A stretch of DNA of 64,000 bases from Eledone cirrhosa (Eukaryota). Positions 51,226-64,000 of this stretch are shown here, in pieces (the first letter of the stretch is position 1; each line of letters starts with the position of its first letter). Below the pieces are notes generated by a model that was given only the letters and a program-made list of their open reading frames with translations, made no database searches and was not told where the DNA came from. Position numbers and translations under genes: made by a program. Location of the stretch: assembly GCA_964016885.1 (NCBI GenBank), contig OZ024742.1, positions 376,774,001 through 376,838,000 on the forward strand, given 5' to 3'.

Positions 51226-51403
51226 TATATATATATTTATTAAAATAACAGATTAAAGTTTAAGCAAAGAATCGCTGCTTTCACTTTACTTAAACTGTAA
51301 TGTGTTATTTTAATAAATATTTGCTCTACGGTTCTTATATATTTGATATATATTTATCCTTATCGAGCCCTCTTGGGATTTTAGTCTTCAAATTTATTAT
51401 TAT

Positions 51404-51453
<50 letters not shown>

Positions 51454-51589
51454 TCATCATCATATATATATGTGTGTGTGTGTGTGTAGACCCATAACTC
51501 CTGTTAGAGTTATAATGTTGCCACCGTGACATATGCCATGTCTTGGGCTCTTTAATCTTGTGAGAATACCACAGACACGTGTGCCAAAG

Positions 51590-51780
51590 TTCTCAGAGAG
51601 ATTATGTGTAACATAATGAGGGACTAGGCTGACACAGACAAGTACAACTAATTACTTTCAGCTGAGTAGACTGCAGCAGGAAATAAAGTGTCTTGCTCAA
51701 GGTTACAATATGCTACTGGGAATTGGTTTCATAACCTTACTATTGTGAGCTCAACACACTTACCACTAAGTTACATGCTT
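51590..51780 (-). mobile_element. Old SINE family 2 copy
   Basis: CAGCTGAGTAGACTGCAGC.GGAAATAAAGTGTCTTGCTCAAGG...ACCACTAAG. Confidence 0.65.
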
Positions 51781-51961
51781 TGACAAACCACACACACACA
51801 CTCATACACACACACATACACACTCTCTCACACACACATATACAGTCCTATGCGAGCGAGACATCTGACCAAACGTGCCTCAAATGGGACAAACCTGTCT
51901 AACCCATGCTAGCGGAGAAGATAGACGTTAAATGATGATGATGATGATATATATATATATG

Positions 51962-51993
<32 letters not shown>

Positions 51994-52413
51994 TATATAC
52001 AGTGTATATGTCATCATCATCATCATCGTAAAATGATGATGATGATATATACACTGTATATATATATATATATACATATATACTATATATATGTATACAT
52101 GTATACATATTTCTCTCTCTCTCTATATATATATAAATATATATATACACACACACATACACATATATATAATAATTTCCTTGACATAGATCTGCATGTG
52201 TACTTGTGTACATGTGTACATGTGTACATGTATACATATATACATGTGTAAATGTATACATGCACATATACATATTTAGTGTGATAAGTAAATTGAAGTG
52301 GGAAACGCTATCTAAGTTTGTAATTACTAAGGACTAAGTGATAACAAAAGGAAATATAAGTTCCTTATCATTGTTGTAAAGTATTTCTAAAATATTGTGT
52401 AATTGCTTTGCAG

Positions 52414-52530
52414 GATTCCCTCCGCTACGGTGTACTCAGTACAAAGTTGTATCATTCAAATTTATCAATCATACATTACAGTGTGTTTTTTCAAATGTGC
52501 CGAGCTCATGGCATTGGCTATGATATTAAG
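52414..52530 (+). CDS. IQCH: IQCH-like exon E (117 bp, phase 0/0)
   Basis: tttgcAG / GTGAGA. DSLRYGVLSTKLYHSNLSIIHYSVFFQMCRAHGIGYDIK matches IQCH HSNLS...VF.Q.CRAHGIGYD. Confidence 0.92.
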
Positions 52531-52579
52531 GTGAGACATTTTCGCATAGTGTTGTTAAGATAGGTAATAGAGAGTGTGA

Positions 52580-55500
52580 TGAAGTGGTGATAGTGGTGCT
52601 GGTAGATGTGGTGATAGTGGTGCTGGTAGATGTGGTGATAGTGGTGCTGGTAGATGTGGTGATTATGGTGCTGGTAGATGTGGTGATAGTGGTGCTGGTA
52701 GATGTGGTGATAGTGGTGCTGGTGGATGTGGTGATTATGGTGCTGGTGTATGTGGTGATAGTGGTGCTGGTGGATGTGGTGATAGTGGTGCTGGTAGATG
52801 TGGTGATTATGGTGCTGGTAGATGTGGTGATAGTGGTGCTCGTAGATGTGATGATAGTGGTGCTGGTACATGTGGTGATTATGGTGCTGGTAGATGTGGT
52901 GATAGTGGTGCTCGTAGATGTGATGATAGTGGTGATGGTACATGTGGTGATAGTGGTGCTGGTGTATGTGGTGATAGTGGTGCTGGTACATGTGGTGATA
53001 GTGGTGCTGGTGTATGTGGTGATAGTGGTGCTGGTGGATGTGGTGATAGTGGTGTTGGTGGATGTGGTGATAGTGGTGCTGGTACATGTGGTGATAGTGG
53101 TGATGGTACATGTGGTGATTATGGTGCTGGTAGATGTGGTGATAGTGGTGCTGGTAGATGTGGTGATAGTGGTGCTGGTGTATGTGGTGATAGTGGTGCT
53201 GGTGGATGTGGTGATAGTGGTACTGGTACACGTGGTGATAGTGGTGCTGGTGGATGTGGTGATAGTGGTGATGGTACATGTGGTGATTATGGTGCTGGTA
53301 GATGTGGTGATAGTGGTGCTGGTAGATGTGGTGATAGTGGTGCTGGTGTATGTGGTGATAGTGGTGCTGGTAGATGTGGTGATAATGGTACTGGTGGATG
53401 TGGTGATAGTGGTGCTGGTGGATGTGGTGATAGTGGTACTGGTACACGTGGTGATAGTGGTGCTGGTGGATGTGGTGATAGTGGTGCTGGTAGATGTGGT
53501 GATAGTGGTGCTGGTAGATGTGGTGATAATGGTACTGGTGGATGTGGTGATAGTGGTGCTGGTACATGTGGTGTTAGTGGTTCTGGTAGATCTGGTGATA
53601 GTGGTGCTGGTACATGTGGTGATAGTGGTGCTGGTACATGTGGTGATAGTGGTGTTGGTGAATGTGGTGATAGTGGTGCTGGAGGATGTGGTGATAGTGG
53701 TGCTGGTAGATGTGGTGATAGTGCTGCTGGTACATGTGGTGATAGTGGTGTTGGTGGATTTGGTAATAGTGGTGCTGGTACATGTGGTGATAGTGGTGCT
53801 GGTACATGTGGTGATAGTGGTGTTGGTGGATGTGGTAATAGTGGTGCTGGTACATGTGGTGATAGTGGTGCTGGTACATGTGGTGATAGTGGTGCTGGTA
53901 CACGTGGTGATAGTGGTGCTGGTACATGTGGTGATAGTGGTGCTGGTACATGTGGTAATAGTGGTGCTGGTGGATGTGGTGATAGTGGTGCTGGTACATG
54001 TGGTGATAGTGGTGCTGGTGTATGTGGTGATAGTGGTGCTGGTACATGTGGCGATAGTGGTGCTGGTACATGTGGCGATAGTGGTGCTGGTAGATGTGGT
54101 GATGGTACATGTGGTGATAGTGGTGCTGGTACATGTGGTGATAGTGGTGCTGGTGGATGTGGTGATAGTGGTGCTGGTGGATGTGGTGATAGTGGTGCTG
54201 GTACATGTGGCGATAGTGGTGCTGGTAGATGTGGTGATAGTACATGTGGTGATAGTGGTGCTGGTAGATGTGGTGATAGTGTTGGTGGTGGATGTGGTGA
54301 TAGTGGTGCTGGTGGATGTGGTGATAGTGGTGCTGGTACATGTGGTGATAGTGGTGCTGGTACATGTGGTGATAGTGGTGCTGGTGGATGTGGTGATAGT
54401 GGTGCTGGTGGATGTGGTGATAGAGTTGGTGGTGGATGTGGTGATAGTGGTGCTGGTACATGTGGTGATAGTGGTGCTGGTACATGTGGTGATAGTGTTG
54501 GTGGTGGATGTGGTGATAGTGGTGCTGGTGGATGTGGTGATAGAGGTGTTGGTGGATGTGGTGATAGTGGTGCTGGTACATGTGGTGATAGTGGTGCTGG
54601 TGGATGGGTTGATAGTGATGCTGGTACATATGGTGATAGTGGTGATGGTGGATGTGGTGATAGTGCTGCTGGTACATGTTGTTATAGTGGTGCTGGTAGA
54701 TATGGTGATAGTGGTGCTGGTAGATGTGGTGATATTGGTGCTGGTGGATGTGGTGATAGTGGTGCTGGGGGATGTGATGATAGTGGTGCTGGTAGATGTG
54801 GTGATAGTGGTGCTGGTGGATGGGTGTTAGTGGTGCTGCTAGATGTGGTGATAGTGGTGCTGGTAGATGTGGTGATAGTCGTGCTGGTAGATGTGGTGAT
54901 AGTGGTGATGGTGGATGTGGTGATAGTGGTGCTGGTGGATGGGGTGATAGTCGTGCTTGTGGATGTGGTGATAGTCCTGCTGGTAAATGTGGTGATAGTG
55001 GTGCTGGTGGATGTGGTGTTGGTACATGAGGTGATGGTGGTGCTGGTAGATGTGGTGATAATGGTGCTGGTGCATGTGGTGATAGTGCTGCTGGTACATG
55101 TGGTGATAGTGCTGCTGGTACATGTGATGATGGTGGTGCTGGTGGATGTAGTGATAATGGTGCTGGTAGATGTGGTGATAGTGGTGCTGGTGGATGTGGT
55201 GATAGTGGTGCTGGTACATGTGGTGATAGTGGTGCTGGTAGATGTGGTGATATTGGTGCTGGTAGATGTGGTGCTAGTGGTGCTGGTGGATGTGGTGATA
55301 GTGGTGCTGGTGCATGTGGTGATAGTGGTGCTGGTGGATGTGGTGATAGTGGTGCTGGTACATGTGGCGATAGTGGTGCTGGTAGATGTGGTGATGGTAC
55401 ATGTGGTGATAGTGGTGCTGGTACATGTGGTGTTAGTGGTGCTGGTACATGTGGTGATAGTGGTGCTGGTGTATGTGGTGATAGTGGTGCTGGTGGATGT

Positions 55501-58500
55501 GGTCATAGTGGTGTTGGTGGATGTGGTGATAGTGGTGCTGGTACATGTGGTGATAGTGGTGCTGGTACATGTGGTGATAGTGGTGCTGGTACATGTGGTG
55601 ATAGTGTTGGTGGTGGATGTGGTGATAGTGGTGCTGGTACATGTGGTGATAGTGGTGCTGGTGGATGTGGTGATAGTGGTGTTGGTGGATGTGGTGATAG
55701 TGGTGCTGGTGGATGTGGTGATAGTGGTGCTGGTGAATGTGGTGATAGTGGTGCTGGTACATGTGGTGATAGTGGTGCAGGTACATGTGGTGATAGTGGT
55801 GCTGGTGGATGTGGTGATAGTGGTGCTGGTACATGTGGTGATAGTGGTGCTGGTACATGTGGTGATAGTGGTGCTGGTGGATGTGGTGATAGTGGTGATA
55901 GTGGTGCTGGTGGATGTGGTGATAGTGGTGCTGGTGAATGTGGTGATAGTGGTGCTGGTACATGTGGTGATAGTGGTGCTCATACATGTGGTGATTGTGG
56001 TGCTGGTATATGTGGTGATAGTGGTGCTGGTGGATGTGGTGATAGTGGTGCTGGTACATGTGGTGTATGTGGTGATGGTACATGTGGTGATAGTGTTGCT
56101 GGTGGATGTGGTGATAGTGGTGCTGGTGGATGTGGTGATAGTGGTGCTGGTACATGTGGTGATAGTGGTGCTGGTAGATGTGGTGATAGTGGTGGTGGTG
56201 GATGTGGTGATAGTGGTGCTGGTTGATGGGGTGATATTGGTGGTGGTAGATGTGGTGCTAGTGGTGCTGATGGATGTGGTGATAGTGGTGCTGGTGGATG
56301 TGGTGATAGTGGTGCTGGTACATGTGGTGATGGTACATGTAGTGATAGTGGTGCTGGTGGATGTGGTGATAGTGGTGCTGGTACATGTGGTGATAGTGGA
56401 GCTGGTGGATGTGGTGATAGTGGTGCTGGTACATGTGGTGATAGTACATGTAGTGATAGTGGTGCTGGTTGATGGGGTGATATTGGTGGTGGTAGATATG
56501 GTGCTAGTGGTGCTGATGGATGTGGTGATAGTGGTGCTGGTGGATGTGGTGATAGTGGTGCTGGTACATGTGGTGATGGTACATGTAGTGATAGTGGTGC
56601 TGGTGGATGTGGTGATAGTGGTGCTGGTACATGTGGTGATAGTGGTGCTGGTGGATGTGGTGATAGTGGTGCTGGTGGATGTGGTGATAGTGGTGCTGGT
56701 ACATGTGGCGATAGTGGTGCTGGTAGATGTGGTGATAGTACATGTGGTGATAGTGGTGCTGGTAGATGTGGTGATAGTGTTGGTGGTGGATGTGGTGATA
56801 GTGGTGCTGGTGGATGTGGTGATAGTGGTGCTGGTACATGTGGTGATAGTGGTGCTGGTACATGTGGTGATAGTGTTGGTGGTGGATGTGGTGATAGTGG
56901 TGCTGGTACATGTGGTGATAGTGGTGCTGGTACATGTGGTGATAGTGTTGGTGGTGGATGTGTTGATAGTGGTGCTGGTGGATGTGGTGATAGAGGTGTT
57001 GGTGGATGTGGTGATAGTGGTGCTGGTACATGTGGTGATAGTGGTGCTGGTGGATGGGTTGATAGTGATGCTGGTACATATGGTGATAGTGGTGATGGTG
57101 GATGTGGTGATAGTGCTGCTGGTACGTGTTGTTATAGTGGTGCTGGTAGATATGGTGATAGTGGTGCTGGTAGATGTGGTGATATTGGTGCTGGTGGATG
57201 TGGTGATAGTGGTGCTGGGGGATGTGATGATAGTGGTGCTGGTAGATGTGGTGATGGTACATGTGGTGATAGTGGTGCTGGTACATGTGGTGATAGTGGT
57301 GCTGGTGGATGTGGTGATAGTGGTGCTGGTGGATGGGTGTTAGTGGTGCTGCTAGATGTGGTGATAGTGGTGCTGGTAGATGTGGTGATAGTCGTGCTGG
57401 TAGATGTGGTGATAGTGGTGATGGTGGAGGTGGTGATAGTGGTGCTGGTGGATGGGGTGATAGTCGTGCTTGTGGATGTGGTGATAGCCGTGCTGGTAAA
57501 TGTGGTGATAGTGGTGCTGGTGGATGGGGTGATAGTGGTGTTGGTACATGAGGTGATGGTGGTGCTGGTAGATGTGGTGATAATGGTGCTGGTGCATGTG
57601 GTGATAGTGCTGCTGGTACATGTGGTGATAGTGCTGCTGGTACATGTGATGATGGTGGTGCTGGTGGATGTAGTGATAATGGTGCTGGTAGATGTGGTGA
57701 TAGTGGTGCTGGTGGATGTGGTGATTGTGGTGCTGGTACATGTGGTGATAGTGGTGCTGGTAGATGTGGTGATATTGGTGCTGGTAGATGTGGTGCTAGT
57801 GGTGCTGGTGGATGTGGTGATAGTGGTGCTGGTGCATGTGGTGATAGTGGTGCTGGTACATGAGGTGATAGTGGTGCTGGTGGATGGGGTGATAGTGGTG
57901 ATGGTAGATGTGGTGATAGTGGTGTTGGTACATGCAGTGATGGTGGTGCTGGTGGATTTGGTGATAGTGGTGCTGGTAGATGTGGTGATAGTTGTGATGG
58001 TGGATGTGGTGATAGTGGTGCTGGTAGATGTGGTGATAGTGGTGATGGTGGATGTGGTGATAGTGGTGCTGGTGCATGTGGTGATAGTGGTGCTGGTACA
58101 TGTGGTGATAGTGGTGCTGGTGGATGGGGTGATAGTGGTGCTGGTAGATGGGTTGATAATAGTGCTGGTGGATGTGTTGATAGTGGTGCTGGTGGATGGG
58201 TGATAGTGGTGCTGGTACATGTTGTTATAGTGGTGCTGGTAGATATGGTGATAGTGGTGCTGGTACATGTTGTTATAGTGGTGCTGGTAGATGTGGTGAT
58301 GGTGGTGCTGGTGGATGTGGTGATAGTGGTTCTGGTGCATGTGCTGATAGTGGTGCTGGTAGATGTGGTGATAGTGGTGCTGGTAGATGTGGTGATAGTG
58401 GTGCTGGTGGATGTGGTGATAGTGCTGCTGGTAGATGTGGTGATAGTGGTGCTGGTAGATGTGGTGATAGTGGTGCTGGTAGATGTGGTGATATTGGTGC

Positions 58501-59730
58501 TGGTGGATGTGGTGATAGTGCTGCTGGTGTATGTGGTGATAGTGGTGCTGGTAGATGTGGTGATGGTACATGTGGTGATAGTGGTGCTGGTACATGTGGT
58601 GATAGTGGTGCTGGTGGATGTGGTGATAGTGGTGCTGGTGGATGGGTGTCAGTGGTGCTGCTAGATGTGGTGATAGTGGTGCTGGTAGATGTGGTGATAG
58701 TCGTGCTGGTAGATGTGGTGATAGTGGTGATGGTGGATGTGGTGATAGTGGTGCTGGTGGATGGGGTGATAGTGGTGTTGGTACATGAGGTGATGGTGGT
58801 GCTGGTAGATGTGGTGATAATGGTGCTGGTGCATGTGGTGATAGTGCTGCTGGTACATGTGGTGATAGTGCTGCTGGTACATGTGATGATGGTGGTGCTG
58901 GTGGATGTAGTGATAATGGTGCTGGTAGATGTGGTGATAGTGGTGCTGGTGGATGTGGTGATAGTGGTGCTGGTGCATGTGGTGATAGTGGTGCTGGTAC
59001 ATGTGGTGATAGTGGTGCTGGTGGATGGGGTGATAGTGGTGCTGGTAGATGGGTTGATGATAGTGCTGGTGGATGTGTTGATAGTGGTGCTGGTGGATGG
59101 GTGATAGTGGTGCTGGTACATGTTGTTATAGTGGTGCTGGTAGATATGGTGATAGTGGTGCTGGTACATGTTGTTATAGTGGTGCTGGTAGATGTGGTGA
59201 TGGTGGTGCTGGTGGATGTGGTGATAGTGGTTCTGGTGCATGTGCTGATAGTGGTGCTGGTAGATGTGGTGATAGTGGTGCTGGTAGATGTGGTGATAGT
59301 GGTGCTGGTGGATGTGGTGATAGTGCTGCTGGTAGATGTGGTGATAGTGGTGCTGGTAGATGTGGTGATAGTGGTGATGGTAGATGTGCTGATAGTGGTG
59401 CTGGTACATGAGGTGATAGTGGTGCTGGTGGATGGGGTGATAGTGGTGATGGTAGATGTGATGATAGTGGTGTTGGTGGATTTGGTGATAGTTGTGATGG
59501 TGGATGTGGTGATAGTTGTGATGGTGGATGTGGTGATAGTGGTGCTGGTAGATGTGGTGATAGTGGTGCTGGTAGATGTGGTGATAGTGGTGATGGTGGA
59601 TGTGGTGATAGTGCTGCTAAGACAGGTAATAGAGAGTATGAAGTGGTGATTGTGGTGCTGGTGGATGTGTTGATAGTTCTGCTAAGACAGTTATCAGAGA
59701 CTGTAAGGTGGTGATAGTGGTGTTGGTGGA
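52580..59730. repeat. ~7.1-kb 24-bp satellite (GTGGTGATAGTGGTGCTGGTAGAT and variants), about 300 units
   Basis: 24-bp periodicity with 15-bp and 9-bp deletion variants and larger duplicated blocks. Confidence 0.97.
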
Positions 59731-59912
59731 TGTGAATGCTGGGTGCCTTTTGCCATGCACTTCAATTCTGTATGAGCAAACCCTGTCATCTACCCTGATT
59801 TGACCCACAATGGCACAACTCCGTTTAACGCTAGCATAGAAAAATAGATATTGAACGGTGATGATGATAGTCGTGATATATATATTTATATAGATTTGAT
59901 CTTTTCTTTTAG

Positions 59913-59974
59913 GAAAAACAAGGTACACTATTCACACTAATTGATTATGCCTCACGGAATTATATAGGAATGTT
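59913..59974 (+). CDS. IQCH: IQCH-like exon F (62 bp, phase 0/2); gene continues beyond the window
   Basis: cttttcttttAG / GTAAGT. EKQGTLFTLIDYASRNYIGM matches IQCH ERQGTVF.L......GML. Confidence 0.85.
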
Positions 59975-60087
59975 GTAAGTATATTTTATTATCTATTAAA
60001 GTTATGTCTTAATAAATTCAGAGTGTGGAACCGAGACTGCACCACTGTCTATAAATATATATATAGTTTTATATTGTGTGTGTACAT

Positions 60088-61470
60088 ATCATCATCATCA
60101 TCATCATCAACGTTTAATGTCCGTGTTCCACGCTTGCATGGGTTTGGATGGGGGTATTCCCACTTGAGGCAAGAGTGATTGTCTTGCTCGCATAGGACTG
60201 TCTGGCAGGTTTTCTACAGTTGGATGCCCTTCCTAACACCAACCACATTTACAGTGTGGGTCTGGGAGGTTTTTACCGTGTTGCCTACACGGCCACATTA
60301 CAGCGTGGACTGTGTGTTTTTTTGTCGTGACACCTACACGACCTCATTTTTTTCGGCCTGGATGGCGCAGCACCTACGTAACTTTACATAGGAGGGGGGG
60401 GGGGGATGGGGGGGGTGGTGTATTTTGTTAGAGATGCCTACTGGCTGTAGTAGGTTTTACTATGTATTTAGGTAAGGCGGGTCTTCTCTGTTACTGAGTA
60501 CCGCCAAAGGTCTCGGTCCAGTGACATTGTCTTGGAGAGGTGTAAGTGTGTGAGGTCGGAGTTTATCAGCTCGTCCCAGGTTTTTCTAGGTCTGCCTATT
60601 CCGTGGCTACCGTCTATCTTTATTGCCCTGCACTTTGTTATACAGCTATCGACTTTCATGCGCATCACGTGTCCATACCAACGTAGCCTTCTCTCGAGTA
60701 AACAACATCTGATCCCTCTTATTTCTAATTTTTTCCTTAGTTCGTTTATGCTTTGCCGTTCACGTATATTACTGTTACACATTCAGCGGAGCATGCAAGC
60801 TTCGTTTCTCTCTAGTCTGCGTATATCCTCTGCACACAATGCCCAGGTCTCACTGCCATGCAACATTGCAGGCATCATACAACCTGCCTTTCATTTTTAG
60901 GGAGAACCCTTTAGCAGCTAATAGTGGTATAAGCTCTCTGAACTTTTTCCAGCCTGTTCTGACTCTAGCTACTGTACTTTCAGAGCACCCTCCCCCACTG
61001 CTGATTTTATCGCCCAGGTAACGGAAGCTGTCCACTATTTCTATAGAACCCTCTGCGCAATTGAAAGAGCTAGTATTTTGTGGGCACTTGCTGCTACTTA
61101 TTGCACCAGAGCACTGGCCACATGTAAAATCTATGTTCTTAGTTAGCTTACCTGTGATCCCACTACATCTTTTATGCACCCATAGTTTGCATTTGGGACA
61201 TAAAATGGAGTTTCTACCTACGCCTTTCATACACACTGAGCATGGCCATTTCCCGGAAGGGACCGCCGCCTTATTTTCTTTCCTACAAACTAGAACTTTA
61301 GCCTTAGCCAGGTTAATTTTAAGTCCTTTTGATTCTAGGCCGTGCTTCCATGTTTGGAATTTCTTCTCTAGCTCGGCCATTGATTCAGCTATGAGTGTCA
61401 GGTCGTCTGCGTATAGGAGTTCCCATGGGCAGCCGGTCTTGAACTCCTCTGTTATAGCCTGAAGGGCAAT
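60088..61470 (-). mobile_element. RTE family B, 5'-truncated, near-identical to 41862-43234
   Basis: ORFs 60468-60782 and 60850-61380; an 11-bp deletion near 60868 shifts the frame. Confidence 0.95.
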
Positions 61471-61567
61471 AATATATAAATATATAAATATATATATGTA
61501 TATATATACATCTTTATATGTGTGTGTATATATATATTTAAATATATATGCACATATAAATATATAG

Positions 61568-61599
<32 letters not shown>

Positions 61600-62335
61600 C
61601 TTGTCGTTTCTTTTATCTGTAGTCTTCTCTATAAGCAGTGTTTTAAACTCCTATTTATGCCAGTCTAAAATTCAAATTCTCCATTTTCCTCTCGGATTTT
61701 CATTATTATATGGATTGGCAGTATCGGTAGAGGGTCGGACGCCATGCTTTGATGGATAGAGTTATGGCCTTTGCTATTCTGAGTTCAAATCCCGTCGAGG
61801 TTAACTTTGCCTTTCATCCTTATGGGGTCGATAAAATAAAGTACCTGTAATGCACTGGATAATTGCTGGCCTTGTGCCTAACGTAGAAACAATTATTATT
61901 TTACATGTTTTTTTAATAATATGTCTCAATCTGTTGGACCCTTCCTAAAAACTAACCTTCTAGTATTATTATTAATTAATTATTCTAGAACCTTCCTGCA
62001 TCTCGCTCACAAACTTTGTAAACACTTTGCTCCTTCTCTCATACTCCCCCCCCCCCCCTCCCGCCTGATCGTAAGTATAAAATAAATCTTGCTGGTTCCC
62101 AAGGACAGAATTTATCTATTTTATCTATCTTACGGGCAATCTGTCGATTTTGAGAATGTAAGCAATACTTGTCTTTTCTTTTATCCGTAGTCTTCTCAAT
62201 AAGTAGTGTTTTAAACTCCTATTTATGCCAGTCTAAAATTCATATTCTTCGTTTTCCTCTCGGATTTTCATTATTATTTTACATGTTTTTAATATGTCTC
62301 AATCTGTTGGACCCTTCCTAAAAACTAAACTTCTC
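61600..62335 (+). repeat. Local direct duplication (~170 bp; 61600-61962 vs 62168-62335), first copy carries a SINE
   Basis: CTTGTC.TTTCTTTTATC.GTAGTCTTCTC...GGACCCTTCCTAAAAACTAA present twice. Confidence 0.85.
61710..61891 (+). mobile_element. SINE family 1, full length, 8-bp TSD ATTATTAT
   Basis: TSD at 61702-61709 and 61892-61899; empty site visible at about 62269-62276. Confidence 0.9.
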
Positions 62336-62679
62336 CTAAAGTTACCCATTTCCCGCCCCCCACCTCCACACATCACCATTGCTATATGGTCCAATCATAA
62401 CTCAGCGGCTTTAGTAAGTTCTCTAACAAATCAGTATAGCAAAGCTACCACCCTGGTTACTACTCCTTAAGTTTAGACCTGTCTGATGGGTGGACTGCGG
62501 AAATTTGGAAAGTCTAAGCACTCAATGACAATGTCACAGATAAAGATAAATTCACCCCCTGCTACAAGATGAGAATACAAGGACCCCTCTTTATTTCAGA
62601 CATGGAGGACCAACAAAATTCCGTCTCCCACACCCCTCACTGCCCCTCCAACCCATCCATCCCATCCTCCCAACTTCAG

Positions 62680-64000
62680 AGTTGATACCATGAACGTAGG
62701 TACATTGAAAGGTCGTTCAAATGCGGTTGTAGAGATGCTTGAACGTAAAGAAGTTGTTTGTTGTATTCAAGAGACTAGGTGGAGCGGGGGGGGGGGGGGG
62801 GGGCTGCCAGATTCATCGTGCGTAAAAAACGATGCTATAAACTTTTCTGGGTGGGAAATGACAACGGACTGGGTGGTGTAGGAATTATGTTAGCTGAAAA
62901 ATGGGTAGATAAGGTAATTGACGTAAATAGGGTGAATGACAGAATAATTAAATTAAGACTAGTTCTAAATAGAACTACTGTGACAATAATATCCGCTTAT
63001 GCACCCCAATCTGGTCTACCTGACGTTATAAAGGACAGGTTCTATTTTAATAATAATAATAATAATAATGAAATTATTGTGTAAAGTGCTCAGGTACACT
63101 ACAACTCGTCAAAGGTGCATGTATAGTACATAGAATAATACACAAATGTCATGGAAGTGAATAGTGTATGAGTCATGATATACATGTGTGTATGTGTATG
63201 GAGGGGGAACATTAGGTGTAGTGTTGGCGAATCTCGGGAAGCATGGAGGCCTTAAAGGATGCAGTGTCTCGACAGCTAACAACCGATGCAGGTAGTTTGT
63301 TCCATGCTTCAGCAACTCTGAGCATGAAGATGCTAATGCACACTGCCTCCCAAATAACCGACAGCGACTACTTAATTATTGCTGGCGATCTAAATGGTCA
63401 CGTTGGACAACATAGTGATTGCTATGATGGAATCCATGGAGGCAATGGGGTTGGAAATAGAAATGAGGAGGGCTTCAGAATCCTGGAATTCTGTGACGCA
63501 AATAGCCTATCTGTAACACAAACTTCAAAAAACGTGAAAACCACTTGATCACCTATAGATCAGGGGAACACGCCAGCCAGATAGATTATATCCTTACTAG
63601 AAGACGGGACAAAGTGTCTGTTGTAAACACTAAATCCCTCCCACATGAAGAATGCACCTCCCAACATATCCTAGTAGTCAGGAATAGACGTACTCGACAA
63701 CAGAGGAGGCCTACCTTGAGGAGAAGAATATGGAAGTTGAAGGACCCCATAGCCAGTGACAAATTTAAAAGCTTATTACTTGATGCCTTTGACAATAAGG
63801 AAGAGCAATATAGAGGAACAATTCTTGAAAGTGAACCTGCTGAAAGCAACAGATGAAATCTGTGGCTGGAGCAGACCTATTTGCAGGAGGAGAGTAACTT
63901 GGTGGAAGAGACAATCAAGGCCAAAAAGCAGGCTTAGAAAGTATGGTAGGATGGGGAAAGTAGAGAGCATTATCAAGTGGCCAGGAGAGAAGCTAGGAGA
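62680..64000 (+). mobile_element. RTE LINE 5' half (APE endonuclease), frameshifted, runs off the window
   Basis: MNVGTLKGRS, CCIQETRW, ISAYAPQ, AGDLNGHVG, SQIDYIL. Confidence 0.92.
63049..63325 (-). mobile_element. CR1-like 3' fragment with (ATT)n tail nested in the RTE
   Basis: Single-unit version of 2500-4055; splits the RTE between DRFY and MLMHT. Confidence 0.88.

Noticed and set aside
52518-59649. Long ORFs (748 aa and 839 aa poly-Val; His-rich; Thr-rich mucin-like; CGDSGAG repeats)
   Set aside because: Translations of a 24-bp satellite that lacks stops in several frames, with frame switches; it lies between two IQCH exons that splice in phase across it.

Overview
AT-rich, repeat-dense animal genomic DNA. 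The SINE/RTE/microsatellite repertoire looks like an octopod cephalopod, but that is an inference. The whole window lies inside one + strand spliced gene that the ORF track mostly misses: six phase-compatible exons of an IQCH (IQ motif-containing H) orthologue (1789-1974, 4298-4418, 6076-6350, 39691-39885, 52414-52530, 59913-59974). The introns hold RTE-clade LINEs (one near full-length but decayed), CR1 and R4-like remnants, two tRNA-derived SINE families, Helitron and Tc1/mariner pieces, and large tandem arrays. Highlights: (1) two unrelated ORF-less, TA-embedded, partial-tandem elements carrying type I hammerhead ribozyme folds (three copies in 40169-41459, one in 50825-51225), i.e. retrozyme/Penelope-like elements lying sense in the IQCH pre-mRNA; (2) three tandem arrays each traceable to an internal segment of a retroelement present unamplified elsewhere in the window (33 bp from a SINE head, 61 bp from a CR1 3' end, 47 bp x ~390 from an RTE 3' UTR). 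Almost all long ORFs in the track are translations of simple repeats. All calls were made by eye; no searches or folding were run.
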